Shown: positions 11,790-23,800 of the stretch, one piece after another | How the letters are laid out: each line of letters starts with the position of its first letter | Numbering within the stretch: position 1 is the first letter of the stretch | Source: Octopus sinensis | Taxonomy: Eukaryota | Reading direction: 5' to 3' | DNA length: 64,000 nucleotides | Assembly (NCBI RefSeq): GCF_006345805.1 | Contig: NC_043012.1 | Coordinates: forward strand, 36,332,001 to 36,396,000 | Program-made: the position numbers and the translations under genes | Notes under the pieces: model-generated | What the model was told of the DNA's origin: nothing | The model's database searches: none | The model's input: only the letters and a program-made list of their open reading frames with translations

Positions 11790-12170
11790 TACAGGAGTCA
11801 GATACATGCTTGTGTGTGTATGGAAGGGAGAAAATCAGGTGTAGTGTTGGCGAATCTCAGAAAGCATGGAAGTTTTGAAGGATGCAGTTCTCCTACAACT
11901 GATGCCGGCAGTTTGTTCCATGCTTCAGCAACTCTCAGCGTGAAAAAATGTTTCCTAAAGTCATGGGGGCTGTGCTGTTTTCTGACTTTGTAAACATGTC
12001 CACGGGTGTTAGACAGGTGGAGTTTGAAAAGGTGCTCAGAGTTATTGTTTGTAAGATGGTTAGTAATTTTATGGGCCCAGGGAAGTAAGGTGCTCAGAAT
12101 ATGGCAAATGCCTGATGGAGGGCATTCTCTTGTCAATCTGTCTCCCATTTATGGCAGCTTCTGTCTTGAT
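11790..12170 (-). mobile_element. CR1-type LINE 3' ORF2 fragment
   Basis: RMPSIRHLPYSE... and TRGHVYKVRKQ...RKHFFTLRVAEAWNKLP are typical CR1-clade ORF2 C-terminal motifs, here with frameshifts. Confidence 0.8.
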
Positions 12171-12504
12171 GGAAGTTTTATTTTGATGTCCGTAACATCG
12201 TTGTTTAGTTTTATGTAAAAAGAAAAATGACTGAAGAAGATTTAAAGATACGTGGAAATTATTCAGTGACAAAGCACAGTCATGGATGTGTGGTTAAAAA
12301 GTTTGCTTGGCACCCAAATTGTTTAGGGTTCAATCCCAAAGCACAGTCAGGAACAGATTTCCTTCAACCTGTCTTAGATTTGGTCCTGACCTGACAACAT
12401 TCTGTTAGCTTTTATATTTTACTTGTTTCAGTCATTGGACTTGGCCATGCTGGGGCACTGCCTTGAAAGGTTTTAATTAAGCAAATTGACCCTGGAACTT
12501 AATC

Positions 12505-13040
12505 TCATGAGGGAGTAGCATTGCTGGTGAGTGAGCATAGGAAGAAGTATATGGTGGAGTGGAGGGAAGTGTCTTCAAGTTTAATGTGGGTTAAGACGAG
12601 GTAGGGAGGAGAGATGTGGGTGTTTTTTAGTACATATGGTCCAAGGAGTGCAAGGAGTGAGGAAGAAGGAGTTCTGGAGGGAATTGACAGTGTGTGGATA
12701 GGGTCGGGGAACGGTGGTCATGTGATGGTGTTGGGTGACTTGAATGCATGAGTGGGAAATGGAGAAGTAGAAAATGTAAGAGGATGAAATGGGGTTCCTG
12801 GTTGGAAGGAGGTTGTTGGGAAATTGTATGGAGCTGGAGTTGGTGGTGGTGGGGAAGAATAAGTTCACATGGTGGAGGGTGGAGGGGGGAACAGTAGTGG
12901 ATAGGGCCTTCGTGGACTATATATTAATCGATAAGAGAGGGGTAGGAAAGTTGGTGGATGTGCATGTAATGAGAGGTGAAGGTGGAGGAGTGTCAGATCA
13001 CTTCTTAGTAAAGGGTAAGTTGAAGGTTTGCTCAAAATGG
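12505..13040 (+). mobile_element. Decayed RTE-like LINE AP-endonuclease fragment
   Basis: GVALLV, MVLGDLNA, FTW...DYILIDK and VSDHFLVKGKLK motifs, interrupted by stops and frameshifts. Confidence 0.75.
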
Positions 13041-13069
13041 GATGCTAGAAGGAGATCTTGTGTAGCTGA

Positions 13070-14960
13070 AACCTGATTTTCTCTTTTGAGACCACCACAC
13101 TCTACACACTTTGCTTCCAAGCACTTCTATAAACAATGAAAGTGAGCAAGCAACATTGTAACTTGGTGTGCTTGAACCTTTTGGTTGATTGCCCACCATG
13201 ACCTCACCAACTGTGCAAAACCCCCCTTTCCTCAAATTCCCAACTGTAATGTTTCTGCAATCACCCTACAACCCGCACCCTCCACATTCATTGCCCATTT
13301 CACACCCACCTCCATGCTGACCCCATTTGCTGCATCTCCTCTAAAAATCATCCCTTCCTACAGCACAGCCTCCCCACTTTGCACAAACACAACAAATGCT
13401 ATTTCTGGTCACCTCAAACCAACAAAGCCACTGGCCTTGATAATGTCCCTTCGTTTACCCGCCTAAGACAAAGTGCCATACAGATAGCTCTTGCCCTCAC
13501 CAAACTCTTTAATCTTGTTCTATCCTGACCTTTGGCAACAAGCTACAGGGTGTCCCAAGAATGGTAAGTCTCTCTGATTCTGCCAACTACTGTCCTAATA
13601 CACTCACTACCAATATCTCAAAGATAACAGTGACGGCGTTTAAACTGGCCCAAATATTCAATCAGTTTTACAGTCAAACTGGTCAGAAATGTTAGCACGC
13701 CGGGCAAAATGCTTTGCGGTATTTCGTCCACCACTGCGTTCTGAGTTCAAATTCCGCCGATCAACTTTGCCTTTCATCTTTTCGGGGTCGATAAATTAAG
13801 TACCAGTTACGCACTGGGGTCGATGTAATCGACTTAATCCGTTTGTCTGTCCTTGTTTGTCCCCTCTATGTTTAGCCCCTTGTGGGTAGTAAAGAAATAA
13901 TTATATGTCACAGTAACCTAAATGTTAAAGGCTTAACAGCAATTTTCTCCAACACACTCTCTCTCCTTAAATGACAACCAATAAGGCTTTTGTAAAACCA
14001 GAACTCCTAAACACCTGCTCACAAAATGATTTTTGCCCTCAAGAAATTTTATGAAAGCAATACCAATGTCCTCAACATGAACAAAGTTCACCTGTCAAAG
14101 GTCCTCACCTGTTGTCTCTTGAATCGATGGTTTTCTGTGAGAATGTAAGTCACACCATGTTAATGAAGCCCTTTCTGCCCCACACCATAAAGTCTAATGT
14201 GTACCAGGGTTCAAGGTTTCCCCCCAACACTCCTTCCCCTATTCATCAACAACCTACTGACTGTCACCTCCAACAATGTCCACTCCTACATGGATTTTGT
14301 CACCTCTAACTCTTTTCTAACATTCCACACCCGAATATCATCCACATGTTTAATAGAGGCCTTCCATTAATTCTTCATTGATTCCATAAAGCCAGACTGA
14401 AAACATCCTTCAGTAGATTTCTGTCTCTCATCCCTCTTCAACAGCAAAAGGTCTCAACCACTGCACTCTCCCTTAAACATTATCATCCCCTCCTCTCCCC
14501 TTAAGCATTATCACATCTCTTACCTTTTCCTCTTCCACTCCCCTGAAACATAATCATAACTCCCTCCCCTTCTCTCATATTATCTCACTTCCCTCCCCTT
14601 AAACATCACACCTCTCCCATCTCCCCTTATGCAACTAGAACTCTTGACCCCATCATCACCGATGATCTCTCTCCTGTCAACCACATACCCTAAAACATAA
14701 ATACTCCCTCACAAATATTGCTTTTCCTCTTAAGGCCCAGGGAAATACTTCAACTCCCAACAGCTACTAACCCTCTACAAACACCCACAATTGTGCATCG
14801 ATCCAATATCTGAATAAACGGCCCATAAAAACGTTTTCCGACGGGAGTGTGATGATTTCTCTCACCAACACAACCGCCATCACAAAACATTCACCCTTTG
14901 GAGTCATATGGAAGTCACAACAAATGCTGGTTACACTCACTCCAACGATCTTTCTTGGGG
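13070..14960 (+). mobile_element. Decayed CR1/Jockey-group LINE reverse-transcriptase region, interrupted by a SINE
   Basis: Frameshifted remnants KATGLDNVP, VPKNG..SDSANY.P, QGS..PT L..LFINNLL...VHSY.D and KYFNSQQLLTLYK. Confidence 0.7.
13677..13899 (+). mobile_element. SINE family B inserted into the decayed LINE
   Basis: Near full-length copy; LINE RT remnants continue on both sides. Confidence 0.85.
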
Positions 14961-15983
14961 ACCCCACATACATAAAATGTTTCCACTCTGGTTAATTATT
15001 CTCTCTCTCTCTCTCTACTCACTTGAATTAAGTTCCACAAAGGAATGTGGGTCTGCACCTGTGAAGGTACGGTGGTTAGACACGCAAACAACAAAGACTG
15101 CATTACAAATAATACCAGACTAAGTCCTGAACACATTACAACGTCTGGCCCACACATTATGTGTTGTATCCTCTCCCTGCTTAATATACCACTTCTACAA
15201 CCGCCTCTGCTCCTCTGAACTACATAGTTGTGCACCACCTCCATGCAACAGACCCGTCCCCTGCCTCCGTCACCCAAATTGCGTTTTACTGATCCTTCGT
15301 AGCCAGGTGTAGGTCGTTGTTTAACAACAGCCCTTAGCTTCAACCTTGAACCTTTTAGAGTTTTATTAAATATTTGTTTTCCAAAATAGTTTGGGGAAAC
15401 CGGACTCACAAGTTTTGTTTCTCCTCTATAAACTGGAGACATGTCGACATAAGAAATTTATCAATAAACAGAATAAAGCACAATTTAACATTCCATGCTG
15501 AACAGTCTAGAACCAAACGAAGTGAAACAAATAGTTATGGTGTTTATATATCGCCAGTTAAGCAACACTAAATTACAAAACATGTCACGGCCCTTCAAAC
15601 TGCGACCTTTCCTGTTGAGAAATGGAACATTTTTACCGCGGGAATTTGTCGGTTGCTAGCCTCGAACCAAACTGCAATGTTTTACACAATAATTCGTTTT
15701 ATTTAATTATAACTTTTAAATTTCAAATTTTAATTTACAATTCCCATTCGTAATTTATATTTTCATTTCTAGAAAGTTATCAAAATAGTAACATTATTAA
15801 TACAAAAAGTAATTCTGTGTGTGTAACATAAAAAAAAAGTTGTAATTCTCTTCCCAGAGTTCCGTTATCAGACCATGCTGTTATTTAGCCTCGATCCAGG
15901 TTGTAGTCAGATGTGATTTTTTTTTCTCGAAATTCTTGGTTTTTTTGCTCCATTTTTCCCTCTTGAAAGTAATTCACTGCAAC

Positions 15984-17108
15984 ATGGAATTGTCTCCTGA
16001 ACATCTCAAACAACTGCGTTCTTTCGTAGAAGCATGCAAACTAAATCCTAATCTTTTATATATGCCAAATTTGGAATTTTTCCGTCGTTGGATTGAAGAA
16101 ATGGGAGGAAAGATCCCGGCCAAGACCGAGGAAGCCCCTAAAGCTCCTCCGAAAGAAACTCCACCACCTGCAGAAGCCGAGGAACCAAAACAAGAGGCAG
16201 CCAGCGAAGAAAATGTGTCCGAAGAAAGTGAAGAGAGTGAAATTGAATTGGATAATTCTGGTGTTGTGGAAGATGACGAAGATTTCGACCAAAAGTTTGG
16301 GGATGAAACCCTGGAAATTACCGACGAAATGATTGAACTGGCAAATGACAAACGCAATGAGGCTTTAGATGCCATGGCCAACGGAGATTACGAAAAAGCT
16401 ATCGAATTATTGACCATTGCTATTCAGAACAACCCGACATCGGCCAACCAGTATGCCAAGAGGGCCTCCGTCTTCATCAAAATGCTAAAACCTAACGCTG
16501 CTATCAGAGATTGTGAGAAAGCCATTCTACTCAACCCAGACTCAGCACAGCCTTATAAATGGCGAGGCAAGGCCCAGGGTTTGTTGGGTAAATGGGAACA
16601 GGCTTACCAAGATCTCTCTACTGCTTGTAAACTTGACTACGATGACGATGCTTACAAAATGTTACAAGACGTCACCCCAAATGCCAAGAAGATCCAAGAA
16701 CACAGGCGTAAGTATGAATTGAAACGTGAAATGAAAGAAATGAAACAGCGGAAAGAAAGAATTCGTAAAGCCAGGGAGGAATACGAAAAGGCTAAAGGTC
16801 AGTCTGGATCAAGTGGCACAGGTGCTTCCACTGGAGGCGGCTTTGGCATGCCCGGGGGTTTCCCTGGTTTCCCAGGAGCTGGTGGTCCGGGTAGTGGACC
16901 GGGTGGCATCGATATCTCTCAACTCCTCAGCGACCCTGATATTTGTTCAGCACTTCAAGATCCAGAAATCGCTGCAGCATTCCAAGACGTCAGTTCCAAT
17001 CCAGCCAACATAGGTAAATATCAAAATAATCCTAAAGTTCAAAAAGTGATTAACAAACTTGCTGCTAAATTCGGTGCCCCTAATCCTCCTCAGGGGGGCA
17101 GTTTCTAA
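15984..17108 (+). CDS. ST13: Hsc70-interacting protein (Hip/ST13), 374 aa, single-exon CDS
   Basis: ATG in gcaacATGG context. Domains in order: Hip_N dimerisation domain ([12 protein letters not shown]...[10 protein letters not shown]), acidic linker, three TPRs, charged coiled coil, Gly/Pro GMPGG tract, STI1/DP domain ([27 protein letters not shown]). ORF is uninterrupted. Confidence 0.95.
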   Translation: MELSPEHLKQLRSFVEACKLNPNLLYMPNLEFFRRWIEEMGGKIPAKTEEAPKAPPKETPPPAEAEEPKQEAASEENVSEESEESEIELDNSGVVEDDEDFDQKFGDETLEITDEMIELANDKRNEALDAMANGDYEKAIELLTIAIQNNPTSANQYAKRASVFIKMLKPNAAIRDCEKAILLNPDSAQPYKWRGKAQGLLGKWEQAYQDLSTACKLDYDDDAYKMLQDVTPNAKKIQEHRRKYELKREMKEMKQRKERIRKAREEYEKAKGQSGSSGTGASTGGGFGMPGGFPGFPGAGGPGSGPGGIDISQLLSDPDICSALQDPEIAAAFQDVSSNPANIGKYQNNPKVQKVINKLAAKFGAPNPPQGGSF

Positions 17109-20100
17109 GACAGTATCAAGCAGCTTGCATGTTTATCCTCCTCATTTAGCTTGCAGTTGCATTTGAGCTGTAATATTGATTGATATTTCCTGCAAGTGAG
17201 CGAACTGTTGTAGTTCTGTCGCAGACATTTTACTCCACTGAAGCTGTCAATATACACATAAAACAGTAATTCCAGAGAAAAACCACTACACATGCTAGAC
17301 AAACGACCCCGAACTGCTGTTACAACACCAAAAGTTGTACCTTATTTGCAGTTGCTCACTTTATCTCTCTCTTTCTTTCTCTCTCTCTCTCTCTCCACAA
17401 CAACCTGTCCACCTCTTTGCTTTTGCCTTTCTCTCACAAAAGCCATCCCCCCTTTCAATTCCATACAAAAATACATTCTACCAATTTATCTGTATTTTTC
17501 TACTGTTTTATTACTTTAATTAACATTGGTTTATCTCAAATCTTTGACCAACCACAAAATAACTTTCGTTAATAGAGAAGATGAGGGTTTCTTTTTTTTT
17601 CTTCTTTTTTTTCCCTTTTTATGTTTGGGGTCCTTTTATGTTCTGTCTCAAGCATTGACGTAAAATACTTTTTTCCTAAGTTATATATATTCTGTCTTGA
17701 AATGTTAAGAAACATTTTCCTTTTTTTTATATTCGACTTGCTAGAAATAGCAGCCAAACTACATCCTGCTGTCTTGAAGGAACACGTTCAATAATGTTTG
17801 TCCCAGGTTGACTACCTGGGGGAAAAAAAAAGAGGGGATGGTCACAGCTGGAATGCCTTTCATGCGGGCTGACCAGGGGAGGGGACTGAACAGGATTTGG
17901 GGAGCCAGACCTCGCTGAAGTCAACTTTACTTTTCATCCTTCTAAGGTTGCTAGAAGACGGTGCCAACTCTGTCCTGGGGTCGATGCCATCGACTAATCC
18001 CTTCCCCTCAAAATTGCTGGCCTGTAAGTAAATTAGAAACGACCATTACTAATAATAATAATAATAATAATCAATAGTTAAAACTTCCTGAAATGTTTTG
18101 CAATTTCTAGCTTCAATAAGTTTTCTTTAATGTCCCAACCGGGACGGGCAACCTCGGGTTTACCAGAACCTTCTATGTTTACAAATAGAATTTAAATGAA
18201 TAATGCTCCCTCATGTCAATAGCTAGCTGTCTTGCAATATACACTGCACACGTATTTGCATGTGCGGTGCATTTTGCCCCTCTCGCAGTTAGGGGTTTAC
18301 TTTGCAGTGTCAGCTCACCCAGACTCTTTCCTAAAACTGCTCGTGTAGGCCCATCACATTTCTTTTTCACCGAAACAATGTTTATTGATCTCTCAAGAGA
18401 AGAAAATAAAAAAAAACAGCAAAACATTAGCAAAACTCCAGTGTAGTTTGAACCCGTTTCCCCGGTATAACGAACTGGTTATGTAGGTTCAAATCTAGAT
18501 TATGTCTAGTTCTAATTAATTATGAGATATTATTTCTTAGTAAATGAAATTTTTTACTGATGTTTCTGAAAACTTTATTTTCTTTCTCTATTTTTTTTTC
18601 TCCTTTTTTTTTCCTGCAAATTTTTTTTCTGATAATAAAAATGTTGGAAAAGATTATTTTCTATTTTTTTCTCTCTCTTCTGCTCAACTTCCTCTTCATT
18701 TCATGTTTTTTCATTAAGTTTCTTCACTAATTCATGTTTAGACGGGTTTTGCGAGATGCTTGACACATGGCCAACTTCTGCAGAGGGTGGGGTGCTTCAG
18801 TTTAATATTCATATTGCAAGTATGTACACACACACACATACTACACATACGTGTAACCCTTACCATAGTTCTTTGGCTGGACCGACCCCTGTGTGTGTAT
18901 ATGTGTGAGTGAATATACACACGCACACATACACGACTGGTGGGTTTGCTGGCTGAGTTTAGAATTTCTGGTGGCGTGTGGCCCTTCACGTTCTTTTCAA
19001 TAGAATTATATTTAATAGAATCCTGTGATCCAAAGTTAAGACACATTTTGATAGTCAAATGTAGCCTGGGGAGGGATTTGGCTGTCGTTTCTAGCAGGTC
19101 GAATAAACTACGTAAAAACTAACAAGCAAGCTTTTACATGGTCGCATGCCTGCTAGAAATAGCAGCCACTCTCTCTCTCTCTCTCGTCATAATTACTGTT
19201 TATGAGTGCTGAAGTCTTATTTTATCGTCGTAAAACAAAATATTCATAAAGTTAAGAAATGATTATTAGCTGTCCGTCATTTAACACATTTTAATTAGAA
19301 TCATTATTATTGAATGCTCTCAAAGGGCACTGTTGGACAATACGGGTCCCATCGGACTTGATGTATTTGTGTAAGCTAGCATATATCGATCCACGAACTA
19401 CATACAACAGCTTGTTTTGTTGGTGGAAATAAAGATTATATTATTTCTGCCACGATACCTACCGTCCTTAACCCGTGCCTGTGTATCGCATTCGATGCAC
19501 TGGACGGATTTCCCTGGCATCCATACATTTATATATATATATCATACACTTGGTCATTTTCTTTTTCTTTTTCATCACCGGAGTAACGTGGAACTTATGA
19601 AAGAAAGGAAAACCTTAAATTACTCAGAACCTATAAAAACAAGGACCGACTAAGAATTCGAAATCAAACATGGATGTCTGTAACAAACTCGTGAGCGCAC
19701 TTTGAAGAGGCAAAGGGTTAATAAATGGATATAATGTGATATGTTGGTACTTGGAGGTACACAACATGGTTCAAAGTTTGGTTTAGTTTTCAGCAATGAA
19801 TTAATTGAAGACGCAGATCAGTAGTTGTCTTTTTTTTTTTTTTTACCTATGGACCTTTTGGATAATTGTCTTGCTTCTCTTCTGCACCCCCAGGTTAAAG
19901 AAAATTCTATTTTATATTTTTAATTAATTAGGAATTGTATAAAAAAAAAAGGTTTAAGATGTGTGTTGTAGAAGTTAAATCAATTTATTATTGCTCTTAA
20001 ACTTGACAAAATCTTTCTATGGACAAAGTTGAGAATCGTTGCATTAAATAAATGTAGTTTGTAGAAAGACGGGATGTTCATGGTCGGAATAGGTTTTGGT

Positions 20101-20786
20101 TATAGATCTGCTTGTTTAGTGTTTCATCCTATTTTTAAAAAAGCACAAACATATCGTATGTAAGTGTATCGAAAAGAAATGCCTTTCCTGTCTTTTTATT
20201 TATGTATATATATATATATATTTCTAGAAAAATGTTTTTTTATAATTTTAAAACTTTTTCCCTTCAAGGACGTTGTTCCTGCGTTCAATTGAGTTATCTC
20301 CCTTGTCAGACACATTATTTCTGTCCGTTTTAGTTTTGCATGGGTTTGATGGGTCTTCTCCACCCCACCCCCAAAAAACTTTAGTATCTCATCGTTCGTA
20401 CGGGGTTAAGCTTCAAGACCAGACTTCACCACTTCTTTTTTTATCCACAGATTCTTCCCCTCCTCCCCGCCATTTTTTCCTTCACCCTCAACCAAGATTC
20501 TACGACCACGACCGCTGTCCCTTTCTATCCTTTGTCGTCCATCTACGCTGACATTGACGCGTCCGGCAAAAAACACTTCGCTCGCTTATTGCTTTCCCGC
20601 CCTTGCTCAAATCCTCTGCATTCGCTGCCATGCAACGTTGCACTTCATTTACTAGATTCATATAAGAGCCACCCCTTCGTTCTAAGATTACAGAATCCCT
20701 TTGTTGCCAGCAGTGCTATCAACTCCCTGAACTTTTCACCCCGTCTATTATACTCTTTCAGGACACCCACCTCCACTGATAATTGG

Positions 20787-20806
20787 GTCACCAAGGCAAC
20801 GGAAGT
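20787..20806. promoter_or_regulatory. RFX X-box (GTCACC-AA-GGCAAC) fused to an ETS-like CGGAAGT site
   Basis: Exact fit to GTNRCC-N0-3-RGYAAC inside a CpG-rich patch with no recognisable repeat; motif match only. Confidence 0.4.
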
Positions 20807-23800
20807 CGTCGACGACTTGTAGAGTCTACCCGGGGTATTATAAGTAGTTTTTGGCATGGATCCTATCAATACTCGCGTTTATTTATTCAGTTAAGGGTGG
20901 CGGAGAATAGCACATGGGGAAGGGAATGAGTAGGGGATGGGGGCAAATGTTAAATTTTAATTCCTGGAACAAAAGTGTTTTCAGAATAGTAATTCCTGTT
21001 ATATTTGACAGTAATATTAAGAAATTAAGGGGGGGGGGTAAAAAGTTTGCTATCCAACCACATGGTTCCGCGTTCGGTCCCACTGCGCAGCACCTTGGGC
21101 AAATAGATTTGGTAGACTGAAACTAAAAGAAGCCCGTCACATATAATATCTGTGTGTGTCTTTGTTTATCCCCCACCACCGCTTGGCAACCGGTGTTGGT
21201 TTGTTTGTTCCCGTAACATAGTGGTTCAGCCAAAAAACTACTGCGGTCGATCCATTCGACTAAAACTTTTTCAATGCGGTGCCCCAGCATGGTCCCGGTC
21301 TAATTACTGAAACCTGTGAATAAGGGACCCTATGTGCTGCCTAGCTTGACTTGTTAGAAATAGGGACAGTGTCCCCTCCATCATTTCAACTGTGGAGGCC
21401 ATGGTCGGTTAGAAATAACAGCCAAGTCCTCAAATCGTACCTCACCAGCTTAAAACGTGATACTAAAATAGACGAGATGATCTCATTTGGAATGTCTGGT
21501 TATAGTGATGCTCAATTAGGGTTAACCTGGGGCTAAACAACGGATTCCAGAATTTTTAGAAAAAATGCTTCCACATAAGGCCGTATCTACTAGAAATAGT
21601 AGCTAAATATCTTAGATGATGATACCTTACTGCATTGGAAAAGGAGGGACACAGGGTAGTAGTGTAGTCCAAGACATGTAATACCCGAGTGGACAGGAAT
21701 GGTCATGCATGGCAGGTCTCCTTGACCTCAGCCAAGGTGAGCAGGGTTAAACAACTAAGGTATGCACACACATATAAATGAAGTATGGGGTTTAGTTCAC
21801 AGGTGAGCTAAGCGATTAGGTACGCTAGATAAGCAGTGTAACGGATTAGTAGGGCTCCAAGGTTATATCCGAGACGGTAGTTATGGAGCCATTGCAGGTT
21901 TTCGATGCAGCGGATATCTAATTGTTAAAGAGGACAGCAAACGTTAAGGCAAGGCAAATATCTCGAGTCGTATACAATATTGTACAGGACTTGAGATACT
22001 TGCTTTACCTTAAATGTTTGTTGTCCTCTTTAACAATTATATATATATAATTCATCCGCCTCGGAGCGGTAGTTGACTGCTAGAAATGGCAGCCAAATCT
22101 CCCGTCCTGAAGGACAGATACATTGGATAATGTGGTCCTTGATCCTACCTGGAAATGAGGTTGTAGTTCTAACGGGTGCATTTGCTCACAGCTTTGATAA
22201 ATTATGGTTGACTCAAGTGTAAATAACACTGACTCCATTACAAAATTTTGATATGATTTTTTAATAATATATAACGTTTATGTCGATGTGTGGCCAGGAG
22301 TGGGGCTGGTCATAAGTCTATATTTATATTTTAATAATTTTAAGGGTTTTCATCTGTGGAGGTCATTGTTCTAGAAACTTCTAAATGTTGACTTGAGTTA
22401 TCTCCCTTTACCCACTCATTAGGTGGGAGCTAGAAATAGCAGTCAAATCTTCGTGGTGAACTCAACCGTCAGAAGGACTTCTTCGATAATTGTAGAGCTT
22501 GAAAAAAAAATATGGTAAAACAGGATGGTCGTGGTTGGAATGCCTTTGATCATAGGCTTCGCTCATGATAACTAGATGTCTTGTGGTAGTTATATCCCTT
22601 TTCTCTGGATTTGAACCTCACAAACGGCAATTCAACTTTTCGTCGCACCGAGGTCGATTAAATAAAATTCCAGTCAAACGCAGATTGAGATCGATATAGT
22701 CGCATATTGCCGTTGATTGCTGTCAAACTGGATTTTTGTTTGTCCCGACCCTCCTTCCGCCCTCTCCCCTTTAATGCTCTTCGGTATTTCGTTTCTGAAA
22801 AGCTAAAACATTTTTAACCAAATAAAATATGGATTTTTTCCCCCCTTCTTTTTAATCCTATTAATCCAGCATTTGATTGGAGATTAGAGGAGTTACTGGT
22901 GTAGTACAATATTTGTTTTGTAAATAAATTTTATCAGCTTCGTTTCATTTTCTGAAATGATTAAAATGGGTTTTGTTCCAGTTTCAGTTGAAGCTGAACA
23001 GGAAACGACCGCATTTGGGACATAAAAGACACATTCCACCATTTCAGCAGCGCATATTGAAGAGGCAAAAAAAGTTTTTAGTGTATTAGAATACGCGATA
23101 TTCTATTCTAGTTGATGGGGTGGAGGGTTATTTCATGAAATACGATATAAATATTATCACATCTTGATATACTTCACGTGTGTATAACATAGGTGGGGTG
23201 TGTCCTTTTAATGGTTATGCCACACCTGGAACCAACCCTGTGTTGGATCTACATTTTGAACTGGTTTTGCTACTTACATAGCAACAGTATCTTCCCAACA
23301 CATACCTCGTGGTTGTTTTACCTCACTGCGAACCCCATGTTATGGTACCTAGCCAGTTCTGGCGTCCTACATGTTGATGCGCCTGGATTCTAATCAATCC
23401 TGTAACACATATGTAAACAGAATATATTCACACACATATATATATATATATATATACATATACACACACACACAAAAGAATACGTAAAGTAATGAAACTA
23501 CATTTTGTAATCATCAGATTCCGATTTTGTTTAGTATTTTAAAGAGTTCTATTTGAGAGTTTTTAAAATTTGTTTTAATAGGTTCTGGATCTTTGCTGTT
23601 GAACAAACACTGCAATGACCGTTTATTTAATTTTTTTAACAGCATTAATTAAAGTTAGAAGCCATAACTGTTAATAACCTCCTGGCTGGAACAAGTGCCA
23701 GCCCGCACCCCCCCCCTCCTCTTTCTGTTCCCGACTCGTTGAATGCCTGGCCTTGGGCTGACTGCTGATCATAAAATGGTGCTGTCAGCAGTTTCCAGTT

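Noticed and set aside
15936-15983. 16-codon N-terminal extension of ST13 in the ORF track
   Set aside because: Starts at TTG; homology begins at the ATG at 15984, which has strong Kozak context.
18445-18500. Two inverted B-box-like motifs (tttgaacc/ggttcaaa)
   Set aside because: Only an 8-bp inverted match, with no A box or cloverleaf; compatible with chance or SINE debris.
20645-20869. 74-aa minus-strand ORF as a protein-coding gene
   Set aside because: No recognisable family, no convincing splice sites, and an overlapping opposite-strand ORF of similar length; kept only as part of the CpG-patch finding.
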